IMG/VR virus record: IMGVR_UViG_3300009545_000018
Span: 310,001 to 374,000 of that record
Length of the DNA stretch: 64,000 nt
Strand: one strand, 5' to 3'
Part shown: piece after piece, positions 7,280 through 17,680 of the stretch
Position numbering within the stretch: the first letter of the stretch is position 1
How the letters are laid out: every line of letters starts with the position of its first letter
Made by a program: the position numbers and the translations under genes
Notes under the pieces: generated by a model
The model's database searches: none
Told to the model about the DNA's origin: nothing
The model's input: the letters and a program-made list of their open reading frames with translations, nothing else

Positions 7280-8917
7280 ATGGTTTTTTACTTAAATCCA
7301 GTTAGAGCCGGCTTAGATGCTGTTAGAAGTTTAGGTGATGGTACAACTTTCAATTTGAAATGGTATCAGGCATATCCTTCTAATAAATCTAATGGTATTG
7401 CTTATCATATTTATTATTCTATAAATAAAGAGGATGTTTTTACTGAAGGAGTTAAATATATTTCTATAGATGGCTCTTTAGAGGCTAACATAATTGATTT
7501 AGTACCGGGGCAATTATATTTTTTCTCTGTTAGACCTGTGGAATACATTCCACAAACCATGAATAATAGTCAGGGTATTGTTTTAATTAATAATAATGAT
7601 ATTGTATTAATAATTGATGATATTGATTCTCAATTACCAATTGCTTACGATAATTTGCGCGTTTATCCTACTAGCATTTTAAGATCAAATATTACTGATA
7701 CTGATTTAATTATTCCTTTAGCTGATGTAGAAAATTTTCCTAACATAGGAATAGTAAAAATTGGAATTGAATTAGTTCAATATTCTAGTGTTGATAGAGT
7801 AAATAAAAATTTAGTTTTAACTGATTTAGATCAAAGAGGTTATGATAATACTCATGCTTATATTCATAATACAGATGGTTATGATGGGTATAATGTATGG
7901 TCACCATATATTAGTTTATTTATTTCTGGAGAAAGTACAACTTTTGATAGAATATTTATGAGTCAATCAAGATTTGAATATCCAAATTTTGCTTATACTA
8001 CAGTAGATGGTTATCGACAAGTTACAAAAGATAATTTAAATACAGATTTATCTGCTAGTGATTCTGCTAATGTAACTTTTCCAACTTATGATTATGCGGG
8101 TTATCATAGAACAGATCCTGTTCAATTGTTAAATGGTACATGTGTTGGTAGTTATATTGGTGGAGAAATGGGATGTATAGATGGTTATGGTAATATTAAT
8201 TTATTACGTGGATTATCTTTGCAAGATCAGAATAACCAAAGACAAGAAGTACTATTAACAGTAACTGGTCGTCCAGCTGTATTAATTAAAAGAGTACATA
8301 CTGGCATACATTGCTCATGTTATTTAGCATCTAGTGAATATCAAGATGATAGATGTCCTTTATGTTATGGTACAAAATTTGTATTTGGATATGAACAATA
8401 CTTTAATCCAAGAAGATCTGATGGAAGAATATTGGTAAGAACTAGTCCCGCTGATGATAGTGTAAAAATGTATGAAGCCGGTTTGGAATCTGAATTAAAC
8501 TTAGATTTATGGACCTTAACAGTTCCGACTATTCATCAAAGAGATATAGTTGTTTTATTTGATGTTGATGATAATGAAGAATTTAGATATGAAGTAGGTT
8601 CTGTGACCAGAAATAATACTATTATTGGTATGGAAGGTGGTCAGAAATTTAAAGGTATGAGAATTAGAAAAACTGATCCTGCATATCAGATAAGAATTTT
8701 TAGAAATACCGCTATGTTTCCATCAAAATTAACTACAACTATTGGGTTTAGTAGTGGTATTCCTCCCCATACTCATGAAATTGTTATAAATGAGGGAATT
8801 TTAAGTACCAATCAAATAAATCAAACCACTAATGTTGTTCAGGGTCATTCACACCCCATAATTTCAGGTGAAGTAATGGAAGTACTTGGACATAAACATA
8901 ATATTATTCTGGCTTAA
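7280..8917 (+). CDS. Putative head-closure/neck protein with FN3-like N-terminus, Cys motif and His-rich tail
   Basis: N-terminal LKW...YHIYYS...IIDLVPGQLYFFSVRP (fibronectin III pattern); HCSC...RCPLCYGT as seen in large-myovirus head-completion proteins; three HxH motifs at the C-terminus. Confidence 0.55.
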   Translation: MVFYLNPVRAGLDAVRSLGDGTTFNLKWYQAYPSNKSNGIAYHIYYSINKEDVFTEGVKYISIDGSLEANIIDLVPGQLYFFSVRPVEYIPQTMNNSQGIVLINNNDIVLIIDDIDSQLPIAYDNLRVYPTSILRSNITDTDLIIPLADVENFPNIGIVKIGIELVQYSSVDRVNKNLVLTDLDQRGYDNTHAYIHNTDGYDGYNVWSPYISLFISGESTTFDRIFMSQSRFEYPNFAYTTVDGYRQVTKDNLNTDLSASDSANVTFPTYDYAGYHRTDPVQLLNGTCVGSYIGGEMGCIDGYGNINLLRGLSLQDQNNQRQEVLLTVTGRPAVLIKRVHTGIHCSCYLASSEYQDDRCPLCYGTKFVFGYEQYFNPRRSDGRILVRTSPADDSVKMYEAGLESELNLDLWTLTVPTIHQRDIVVLFDVDDNEEFRYEVGSVTRNNTIIGMEGGQKFKGMRIRKTDPAYQIRIFRNTAMFPSKLTTTIGFSSGIPPHTHEIVINEGILSTNQINQTTNVVQGHSHPIISGEVMEVLGHKHNIILA

Positions 8918-8980
8918 GTAAGCAGTATAATAAAAGCTAATAAAAAAGTATAATAATAGTTTTAGAAATGAGAGTGAAAT

Positions 8981-10186
8981 ATGGCAGATCCAATAGTTCC
9001 TAATTTTATAGATGGTGTTGGAAGGCTAGCTACTGATAGGTTTTCTTATGAAAAACATATCAATGGCACTAGTGATAGACATAAAGCCAATCAAATAGAT
9101 TTATTTCCAACAATAGTCATTGGAACACCTCAAAATAATGTACAAGATGCTATTTCAGCCATTGCTACAATTATTGGAACTCCGCCACCAGATGCTACCA
9201 CAACAGTAAAAGGTATTGTTAAATTAGCTGGAGATATTGCTGGAACAGCCACAAATGTAGTAGTTACAAAAATACAAGGTAAACCTATAAGCTCATTGGT
9301 CCCCTCTTCAGGTGACGTATTGACGTGGGATGGTTCAACTTGGAAGCCACAATCTATTTCTGGTACCTTTACAAATTTAAATGTAACTGGAAATACTACT
9401 CTGGGAACTAATAGTAGTAATACATTAGTTGTTAATGCTCAAGTTACTTTATCTAATAACTTAACAGTTAATGGTAATATTGCATTAGGAAATGCTAATT
9501 CTGATTCTACTACAATTCAAGGAATTTTAACAGTATCTGGCGGAAATGTAAGTATTACAGGAGCTACTGCCGCAAATTTTGCATCCAATGGAAGCTTAAC
9601 GTTAGCTGGAACCACTTCTACAGCATTAACATCAGGAGCATCTGTAAATATTTCATCAGGATCAACTACATCCATTAATGCCGCCTCAACTTTATCTATT
9701 AATAGTTCAGGAAATACTACTATAACATCTACTACGGGAGGAATAGTAGTAAATGCACTTTATCAAATATTTAATGCAAATATTCAAGTAAATAATTCAT
9801 ATAATTTAAGTTTAAATACAGGATCTTCATTTTATGTATATCCCGGAGTAAGTTTTACTATGAATTCTTCCATTGTTATGGCAGGATTCTCTAAAATTAA
9901 TAAAAGATATACAAATGGACCAAATTCCAATTCCAATATTTTTCCAGCACAATATGATGTATTTTTTGGAGCAAATCTTACTACCAATAGACAATGGACC
10001 ATTGATGAATCATTTGGTGCTACTTTGCCAGGAATAGATTTTGAGGTTGTTAATAATTCAATTTATACAATTACTATTTATGATCCTACTTTAACCACTC
10101 TTGTTACAATAGGATCTTCACAAGCTTGTACCATATATAGAGACACTACGCTGTGGAAGGTAAAATATAAATATAATATGGTATAA
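8981..10186 (+). CDS. Tail fibre / fibre-like virion protein
   Basis: DATTTVKGIVKLAGD fibre repeat, PSSGDVLTWDGSTWKP motif, long Ser/Thr/Gly/Asn beta-repeat region. Confidence 0.72.
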   Translation: MADPIVPNFIDGVGRLATDRFSYEKHINGTSDRHKANQIDLFPTIVIGTPQNNVQDAISAIATIIGTPPPDATTTVKGIVKLAGDIAGTATNVVVTKIQGKPISSLVPSSGDVLTWDGSTWKPQSISGTFTNLNVTGNTTLGTNSSNTLVVNAQVTLSNNLTVNGNIALGNANSDSTTIQGILTVSGGNVSITGATAANFASNGSLTLAGTTSTALTSGASVNISSGSTTSINAASTLSINSSGNTTITSTTGGIVVNALYQIFNANIQVNNSYNLSLNTGSSFYVYPGVSFTMNSSIVMAGFSKINKRYTNGPNSNSNIFPAQYDVFFGANLTTNRQWTIDESFGATLPGIDFEVVNNSIYTITIYDPTLTTLVTIGSSQACTIYRDTTLWKVKYKYNMV

Positions 10187-10239
10187 TTTGGTAAAATTTA
10201 TGACATATTAATTAAATCGCATAGTTTAAGGAGTTTTAT

Positions 10240-10626
10240 ATGGATACAGTACTTCAGGCACTATTTAGTTGGCAATTTGTTCTTTTTTGTCTTGCAGTAG
10301 CGGCAGTTACTTTTATTGCTAGAAAAATCATTGAATTTGTTTTAGACCATCCAAGCATTCCTGCCTCTAAATCTTCTAAGTTTTGGACAGATTTGTTTTT
10401 ACCAATATTTCCAGTAGTGGGCGGACCATTGGGAGCTTGGTTGGCTCCAGGATACCCATATCCAGATGGATTATCAACGAGTTCTGGAAGAATAATATTT
10501 GGATTAGTTGCGGGTCTTTTATCAGGTTTAGTTTATAGAATTGCTAAGTCTTTTTTAGTGTCTAAAATTACAGGTTTAAGTGATAATGATGCCGAAACTG
10601 TTAGACAATCCATTAATAAGGATTAA
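10240..10626 (+). CDS. Holin-like membrane protein
   Basis: AGGAG RBS; 128 aa with three hydrophobic segments and a charged C-terminus; lies next to a fibre gene. Confidence 0.6.
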   Translation: MDTVLQALFSWQFVLFCLAVAAVTFIARKIIEFVLDHPSIPASKSSKFWTDLFLPIFPVVGGPLGAWLAPGYPYPDGLSTSSGRIIFGLVAGLLSGLVYRIAKSFLVSKITGLSDNDAETVRQSINKD

Positions 10627-10632
10627 TAAAAG

Positions 10633-11376
10633 ATGAGTAATGTTACAAAAATTTTTTATGTTTATTGTTTCCAAAATAAAATAAATAATAAAATGTATAT
10701 TGGTAAAACATCTAATATAGAAAAAAGAAAAAAAGAACATGCTTTAGCAAATGGTGATTGTCCATTATTTCATAACGCTATAAAAAAATATGGAATTGAT
10801 AATTTTAATTTTTTAATTTTATCAGAGCATAATACAGAAAAAGAGGCTTTAGAGTTTGAAATTAAATATATAAAAGAATATAAAACAAATGTTGATAAAT
10901 TTGGTGATAAATTTGGTTACAATTTGACTGATGGTGGAGATGGTGTTTCTGGACATAAACATTTACCAGAAACTATAGATAAAATATCTAAGTCACTCAA
11001 AGGAAGACCAGGAACTAATAAAGGTAAAATATTTAGTGATGATGTTAAATTAAAATTATCTGAAAGTCACATGGGGCAAATAGGTTATTGGAAAGATAAA
11101 GAATTTTCAGAACAACATAAAAAAAACCTTTCTGATTCACATATGGGTCATCCTGGATTTTGGTTGAATAAAAAAAGATCTCCAGAAACTATAGAAAAAA
11201 TTAGAAAATCTAATTCTGGTAAAATAAAACCAAAAATTTTATCCGAGGATAGTATAAAAGAAATTATAAAACTATATAATAGTAATAATTATACTTATAA
11301 TCAACTGGCAATAAAATTTAATGTTGGAAAAACCACCATTTTTAGAATAGTCAAGAATGGAAACAAAAATGAGTAA
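10633..11376 (+). CDS. Free-standing GIY-YIG homing endonuclease with NUMOD3 repeats and C-terminal HTH
   Basis: FYVYCFQNKINNKMYIGKT, GYNLTDGGDG, repeated HLPETIDKIS / SPETIEKIR and LSESHMG / LSDSHMG motifs. Confidence 0.92.
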   Translation: MSNVTKIFYVYCFQNKINNKMYIGKTSNIEKRKKEHALANGDCPLFHNAIKKYGIDNFNFLILSEHNTEKEALEFEIKYIKEYKTNVDKFGDKFGYNLTDGGDGVSGHKHLPETIDKISKSLKGRPGTNKGKIFSDDVKLKLSESHMGQIGYWKDKEFSEQHKKNLSDSHMGHPGFWLNKKRSPETIEKIRKSNSGKIKPKILSEDSIKEIIKLYNSNNYTYNQLAIKFNVGKTTIFRIVKNGNKNE

Positions 11377-14300
11377 ATATCCAAATCAAATAGATTCAGA
11401 TGTTGAATTACCAGTTGTAAATGATAATATTACAGAAATTGGTGCTGAGGCAATTAATGCTTTAAGAGAAGCTGTATTTAATATTGAGCAAGAGGTAGGA
11501 TTAGGCGGATCAGGTAGTTCAGGTACAATTGCTGATAGATTAGGTGTATCTATCTTGCCTGATGGAACAATTAATCCATCAGCTATCATTTCTTTAGGTT
11601 TAGTTACTTTACCCATTACTAATAGTCAAATTTCAAATACAGCCGCTATTCCAGAGTCTAAATTATCACTAGATCATTCTACTGAAGATTTGTATAATAA
11701 TATTTTAAATATAAATACAAATCTTAGTGCTGCAACTGGTTGGATTTCTAGTACAGGTGTTAAACTAGAGCCACATTTAGCTGGAGCAATTTACCGTCAT
11801 ACTTTATTTCAAATTGATGTTACTACAAATCCTGCACAATATTTAAAAAATAAATTTGAAAGCTTGAGAGATAATACCAACTCTTATACATTAATTAATG
11901 ATATTAATAGTGAATTATTAACACATCAATTTAGTGATGGATCACCTATAGGTAATATACAAAATATTACTACATTTAATGGATCTATTTATCCTTCTAA
12001 TTATGGACATACAGCAAGTGGAATATTTTTAGATACAGATCGATTTTCTACTATTCCTCAAACCGCTCAAGATCTCCAAAGTTTTGCTCAATTTGTGGAT
12101 AGTTCTAGTATTTTCTTATATGGAACTAGAATTCAAAATCTATATACAAATGGTATCTCTAGAGCCTCTAGATCTTCTAGTTTAAGTACAGATGGATATG
12201 GTGTGCCTATTGTACCAATCACACCTGCTATTGCATATTTATTAAATACTGGAACAAGCAGTATACCATTTGATGATATTAATACTGGTGATGATATTAT
12301 TGAATTAAAACCTTCTGCAAGTGATTTAGCTAATAATTCTTTTGATGAAAAATTTTCTCTAGTTAAAATTGGTGATATTATTAGGGTTAATTATGGTTCA
12401 ATTGAAGTTGGATTTGTAGTAAAAGAGAAAAAGTATATTCAAAATGGTGGAAACAAAAAGTTTATAATTAGAATTGCTGGAAAAAATCTTTTATATACAA
12501 CCTCTGCTGTTGTTAGAATTGATAGACCATTATATAATAATAACAAATTTGGTGTTTTGACAATTGCTGCTGCAAATAATGAGTTTTCTGAAACACCAAG
12601 TTTAATTATTGGTTCTCCTACTGGAGCTATGGCTCTCGGAAATGGATTTAACCCAGATCAATTAGATTCGGCTCATTATTTACTATATTTAGCATTGTAT
12701 CCAACTGGTCATGCTGAAGATGGTTATGTAGTATTACCAGGAATTGATATTACAGGAAATGCGGGAACAACACCCGGACAATATACATTAGATTCAATTG
12801 TAGAATCTACAAATAATGTATTAAGAAAAGCCGGATATAATTATAGATTTATTTCTTATAGTTATCAGGGAAACTTTGGTATTATGTTAGCAGACTCCTA
12901 TAATAATACTGGATTTTCTATTATCAATGCAGTGGTAGATGGCAGTGGAAATTATGATCAAATTGAAACAAATATTAATTTTCCAAATAATATAGTAGAT
13001 GTATTTGTCAATGTAGATCCTTGCGGTTTTGGCGTAACTGGAGCTAATATAGCAAGTCCATTATATCAAAAAACATATGCATCTCCCGAATCAGCCATTA
13101 TTGCTACCAAACTATTTCTTCCATTAAGAAGAAATAACTTTTATGTAAATGGTGGAGAAAAAGACAAATTAAGTTTAGATATTGGACAAACATTAGATGG
13201 TTATGGTGATGGTTATTGGTTTGCTAGTATTGTAGATCAAAATATTTATCCTGGACCAATACCCGTAGGTAGAGTGCAAACTACTTATAGAGTAATGTTA
13301 GATTTATCAACTAGTGGATTAAAATCCGGTAAAACTTTAGTAGTTCAAGGATTTAATGATTCTACAGTTACCAATTATGGTAGATTTATAATCCAAGATG
13401 TTAATTTCGGTTGCTATCCAAATGTTTATACCGATATTACAGTATTTGACGCTGTACATGCGGCTGGATTTTCTCCTACAAGTACCTTACCTTTAGGTTC
13501 TACGGTTGGATTATATTTTAATTATGATTCAGTTTCTTTTAACTCTGAAAGCGCGACCGATTCAGCTAGTGTAACACCTTTTAAACGATTATTTGAAGTA
13601 TATGTAGATTTAGAGGGAAAAACTTTTACACATGAACGTGCTAGAATAAATGCAAGCCCTTCTAATTTAATTATAAATGGGTCTGTTCCATTATATGGAT
13701 CATCAGAGTTAAGTAAATTAGAAATTATTGATGTTTCTCCTAAATTACGAGGATATCAGTTTGGTTCTGTAACAAAAATAACATTACAGGTATTTAGTTA
13801 TGATGCAATAACTGGATTATTTAGCGGTAGATTATCTTCTTATGATGGTGTTACTCATACTAAGTTAGGACCAATTTCTTATGGTAAACGTGGAGAAATT
13901 GTAAGATTTTATGATGAAACCAATATTGATTATGTAGATTTAATGTTTGATATAAACACTATTGTATTTAATTTTACTAATCAATTATTGGATGTACAAT
14001 TATTTCCAACATTATCTTTTGATGAAGAAATAATGTTGATAGCAAGTTGTCAATTAAATGATTTTACAAATTCTGTTTCTAAAATTAAAGATAGGCGTCA
14101 ATTTGGAAATACTTCTGAAAAAGATTTAAGCACCTCAGCTCTTAATTATATTTCTGCCCCAGAAAGACTATTACACATTAATGGTGTAATAAAGGGTTTT
14201 TCATTAGATTCTACAGTTACTAATCCAAATAATGGACAATTATTTATTAGTGGTGGCATCGCTTTAGTTAATGGCAATTTTATAGATGTTAATCCGCAAA

Positions 14301-16714
14301 CAGTTAACATTCCAATTATTAAAGAAATTAGTGGAATTTTATATGATATAAATTGGGCAATTTGTGTTAATGAAAAAGGTGAAATTCAAAATATTCCACT
14401 TTTGGATTATGATGCTGATTTACCAACACCTACTAATGAATCTAGATTATTTAATGCTTATAATGTTAATAGTGGCTCAACTTATGTTCTTGACTCCAGT
14501 ACTTTTATTAATTTAGTAACTAATAGAAAAGATTTAGTTATACTTTATGTTGTTACTTCAACTGTTACTACACCTAGTGTTAGTATAACATTGAATGTAA
14601 AAGATGCTAGAAAATTTGTTTATAATGAATCAGAAAATATCTCTTTAACATGGGTACCTGGGGACCAAGGAGATAAAGATGTGTCTGGTCATTTCCAAAG
14701 TTTTGAAGCCGTATTATCTTGGATAAATAAATTTGGAAATAGAAATAATTTTATAAAAGTTAAGGGAAATTTTGATCTTGATTCATTAATTGATATGACT
14801 CAATTAAAATTACCGGTAACATTTATAGGTGATGCCGCCACTTTTAATGTAAATTCTAATATTGGATTTTATGTTAAAAAAGATGTGACTTTTGACAATA
14901 TTACATTTAATTATACGCCATCTGGATTTACGAATACAGGAAATATTAATAGTGATAATGGATGTATTTTTAGTCGTACATATGAGGTTGGGGGAGCTGT
15001 AAGTAATATTACTATTAAAAATTGCGTCTTTAATAGTGGAGTAAATAATCATCCTCCATTTATATCATTTAGAGTAGCCTCTAATGAATATGTTGACTTA
15101 GTTAATATCATAGGAAATAAATTTAATGATTCATTATCAGTTAATGATGCAGCTATTGCATTTGTAGGAACAGAAACAAATTATTTTATAGCTAATCCAT
15201 CACTTATTTCTAACATTGTAGTTGCAAATAATTATTGTGCACAAAATCAAGTGTTTTATTTTGCAAATTATTATTCTCCTTCAGGTAATAGCTTTTCTAT
15301 TCCAGGTTTAACTGCAGTCAATGTTCAAATTTATAATAATAAAGCCGGCTATATTGCTTATAATGTATCTGGAAATAATAATTTTAATACAGATATAGAG
15401 GGTCAACAATTATTTTCTATTGAAAGAAATGATTTAATAGCTGTTGTTGGTCCAGTAGATGAGACAGGTAAAACCCCCGCCATTGTGGGTGCAACAGCTA
15501 ATGGATTACCTAGTGGAAATGTAGTAATTTCAGATAACAATTTGAATTTTATTACATGTGATGCTTGTGGCGGATATCCAGAATATGATGGATATGTTGG
15601 AAGTTTAGTAATTGATAATAATAGATTATATGGACATAATTATACAAGCAAAATATATAATATATTTAATATTACTACATATACATCCGAATTATTTGCA
15701 TTAACAGATAAAAATATTGCAATTTCTGTCTATACTAGAACTTATAATCCATACAATGAATCTTCTATTTCAGTTATTGTTAAAAATAACAATATTCAAG
15801 GTAGCAAGATTGATGGAACATATTATGGATATGCTGGAGGCATTAGCATAACCGGGTCTGCATTAGTTGCTGGTAATACTATTAGAGGATTAGTTACAAC
15901 TTCTATTAGTGGTGTGGCACAAGGATTTGGTATATTCTTACAAAAAATTTATGGTCAAAGTTTATTTAGTAAAGTTCATCATAATTCTATTTATCGTAAA
16001 TCAGAAGAGTTATTTGCTTATGTAAGATTGTTTGGTGTAGATGCAGATATAACAGATAATTTTTTTGATAGTTCTTATGTAGATATTGCTCATACCAATG
16101 AAGTAGTAGTTAATATAGAATCTGATACTGGAATTTCTGTTGTTGATAGAAATAAAAATCAAATAACCACGACTATTATTAATGGTATGGACTGGCAAAT
16201 GCAAACTAATGGATATGATTTAGGTTCAGCTGCCACAGGATCAATAATTGGTCCTGTTGGTAATGTTATCATAGCCAGAAAACATAATAGAGATCCTTAT
16301 GATTCTGTTTTAACTCAATTTGATTCATCTTTTTCTTTTAACTCCGGCTCTGTTTCTAATTTTGGTTATTTTGCATATTTATCTTTAAAAGATTATTTGC
16401 CAAAAGGGGTTACTATAATAAGTGGATCTGTTAATGTAGTTTGTGATACTTCTAGCGGTTCAAATGCTATTGATTTAACATTTGCTAGAAAAAAGACACA
16501 TAGCGGATCATATGAAACATATACTGATACACAATCTTTTAGTGGTGGTTATGTTGCTGATACTATAGAAACATTAACTGTTAATTTAAATGCTTATAAT
16601 TGGATGATGGATCCAAATGAATTATTTAATAATGTATTTATTGCGTGGGGAGGAACAGCTACTTCAGCAGCCACAGTATCGGTAGATTGTTTAATATTAA
16701 AATATAAATGGTAA
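11369..16714 (+). CDS. Very large virion structural protein with C-terminal parallel beta-helix-like region
   Basis: About 1780 aa; start moved to MSKYP, right after the GIY-YIG overlap; N-terminal YPNQID...INALREAVFNIE module; C-terminal repeats (ITIKNCVFN, VNIIGNKF, IVVANNY, LVIDNNRL) typical of right-handed beta-helices. Confidence 0.6.
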   Translation: MSKYPNQIDSDVELPVVNDNITEIGAEAINALREAVFNIEQEVGLGGSGSSGTIADRLGVSILPDGTINPSAIISLGLVTLPITNSQISNTAAIPESKLSLDHSTEDLYNNILNINTNLSAATGWISSTGVKLEPHLAGAIYRHTLFQIDVTTNPAQYLKNKFESLRDNTNSYTLINDINSELLTHQFSDGSPIGNIQNITTFNGSIYPSNYGHTASGIFLDTDRFSTIPQTAQDLQSFAQFVDSSSIFLYGTRIQNLYTNGISRASRSSSLSTDGYGVPIVPITPAIAYLLNTGTSSIPFDDINTGDDIIELKPSASDLANNSFDEKFSLVKIGDIIRVNYGSIEVGFVVKEKKYIQNGGNKKFIIRIAGKNLLYTTSAVVRIDRPLYNNNKFGVLTIAAANNEFSETPSLIIGSPTGAMALGNGFNPDQLDSAHYLLYLALYPTGHAEDGYVVLPGIDITGNAGTTPGQYTLDSIVESTNNVLRKAGYNYRFISYSYQGNFGIMLADSYNNTGFSIINAVVDGSGNYDQIETNINFPNNIVDVFVNVDPCGFGVTGANIASPLYQKTYASPESAIIATKLFLPLRRNNFYVNGGEKDKLSLDIGQTLDGYGDGYWFASIVDQNIYPGPIPVGRVQTTYRVMLDLSTSGLKSGKTLVVQGFNDSTVTNYGRFIIQDVNFGCYPNVYTDITVFDAVHAAGFSPTSTLPLGSTVGLYFNYDSVSFNSESATDSASVTPFKRLFEVYVDLEGKTFTHERARINASPSNLIINGSVPLYGSSELSKLEIIDVSPKLRGYQFGSVTKITLQVFSYDAITGLFSGRLSSYDGVTHTKLGPISYGKRGEIVRFYDETNIDYVDLMFDINTIVFNFTNQLLDVQLFPTLSFDEEIMLIASCQLNDFTNSVSKIKDRRQFGNTSEKDLSTSALNYISAPERLLHINGVIKGFSLDSTVTNPNNGQLFISGGIALVNGNFIDVNPQTVNIPIIKEISGILYDINWAICVNEKGEIQNIPLLDYDADLPTPTNESRLFNAYNVNSGSTYVLDSSTFINLVTNRKDLVILYVVTSTVTTPSVSITLNVKDARKFVYNESENISLTWVPGDQGDKDVSGHFQSFEAVLSWINKFGNRNNFIKVKGNFDLDSLIDMTQLKLPVTFIGDAATFNVNSNIGFYVKKDVTFDNITFNYTPSGFTNTGNINSDNGCIFSRTYEVGGAVSNITIKNCVFNSGVNNHPPFISFRVASNEYVDLVNIIGNKFNDSLSVNDAAIAFVGTETNYFIANPSLISNIVVANNYCAQNQVFYFANYYSPSGNSFSIPGLTAVNVQIYNNKAGYIAYNVSGNNNFNTDIEGQQLFSIERNDLIAVVGPVDETGKTPAIVGATANGLPSGNVVISDNNLNFITCDACGGYPEYDGYVGSLVIDNNRLYGHNYTSKIYNIFNITTYTSELFALTDKNIAISVYTRTYNPYNESSISVIVKNNNIQGSKIDGTYYGYAGGISITGSALVAGNTIRGLVTTSISGVAQGFGIFLQKIYGQSLFSKVHHNSIYRKSEELFAYVRLFGVDADITDNFFDSSYVDIAHTNEVVVNIESDTGISVVDRNKNQITTTIINGMDWQMQTNGYDLGSAATGSIIGPVGNVIIARKHNRDPYDSVLTQFDSSFSFNSGSVSNFGYFAYLSLKDYLPKGVTIISGSVNVVCDTSSGSNAIDLTFARKKTHSGSYETYTDTQSFSGGYVADTIETLTVNLNAYNWMMDPNELFNNVFIAWGGTATSAATVSVDCLILKYKW

Positions 16715-16715
16715 T

Positions 16716-17546
16716 ATGAGTGCAAATAATTTTTTTAAAAGTGATCTATATAAAATATATAATATTATTCAAGCTTCAATGTTGGTGTATCCAAAAGAAG
16801 CCATTATTGCTACTTTAAGGGATTTTTTTTCTAAAGATAGTTATTATCATTATTCAAAAGATCAATGGGGATTTGCAAATACTACTGATCATACTGATCT
16901 TCCACCAGGAGCAGATTTACCATATGGTATAGGCTCTCATCCTGAATTAAATAATGGTCCAGAAGGTATATTGAGTACTAGATTATTTATTGGTGAAAAT
17001 TATAGATATGATGGAATTTTTTATCCAGCTATTTTGGTTAAAACTGGCGGTTCTCGTTATGTTCCTATTTCTATAAATAGAGATCAGGGCGCAGTTCAGT
17101 ATGAAGATGCCATATTTGAAGATGGTTATGGCAATCAAACAATAGTTAGTAGACCTAAAACATTTATTACTGCTGGTGCTTGGGAAGGATCTATTGTTAT
17201 TGACATAATTACTAGAAGTTTAAGATCTAGAGATGATTTAGTTGAATTAGTAGCAATGTGTTTTACAGAAATACATTTTGATAGCTTATATGACGTGGGA
17301 GTATTAGTAAAACCGCTTAGTATTGGCTCTCCAACAGAGTCAGATGATAGAAATGATAAGTTATTTAGGCAAAGTATCACATTAGATATAAGAACTGAAT
17401 GGCGCCGTGAAATTCCAGTAGGAAATTTAATAGATGCTATTTTGTTTTCTGTGGAATTTGCTTATTTAGATAATCCAAATTACCCAGCAGCCGCTAATTT
17501 GACTATAAATACAGAAGTTAATGTTGCAGAAGCTTTTGATGATTAA
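16716..17546 (+). CDS. Putative tail terminator / tail-completion protein
   Basis: Directly upstream of the sheath gene; IVIDIITRSLRSRDDLVELV and FRQSITLDIRTEW fit terminator-type folds. Confidence 0.5.
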   Translation: MSANNFFKSDLYKIYNIIQASMLVYPKEAIIATLRDFFSKDSYYHYSKDQWGFANTTDHTDLPPGADLPYGIGSHPELNNGPEGILSTRLFIGENYRYDGIFYPAILVKTGGSRYVPISINRDQGAVQYEDAIFEDGYGNQTIVSRPKTFITAGAWEGSIVIDIITRSLRSRDDLVELVAMCFTEIHFDSLYDVGVLVKPLSIGSPTESDDRNDKLFRQSITLDIRTEWRREIPVGNLIDAILFSVEFAYLDNPNYPAAANLTINTEVNVAEAFDD

Positions 17547-17680
17547 TTTATAAAAATTAGCCCCTTAAATTAAAAAGTTTAAGCCGATCAAGCAATAATT
17601 TGTGTTAATATATCACCAAGAATAGGAATATTAATACATTTTAATGATAGAGTCTCTAATAGTGAGTATAAGGATATAAT

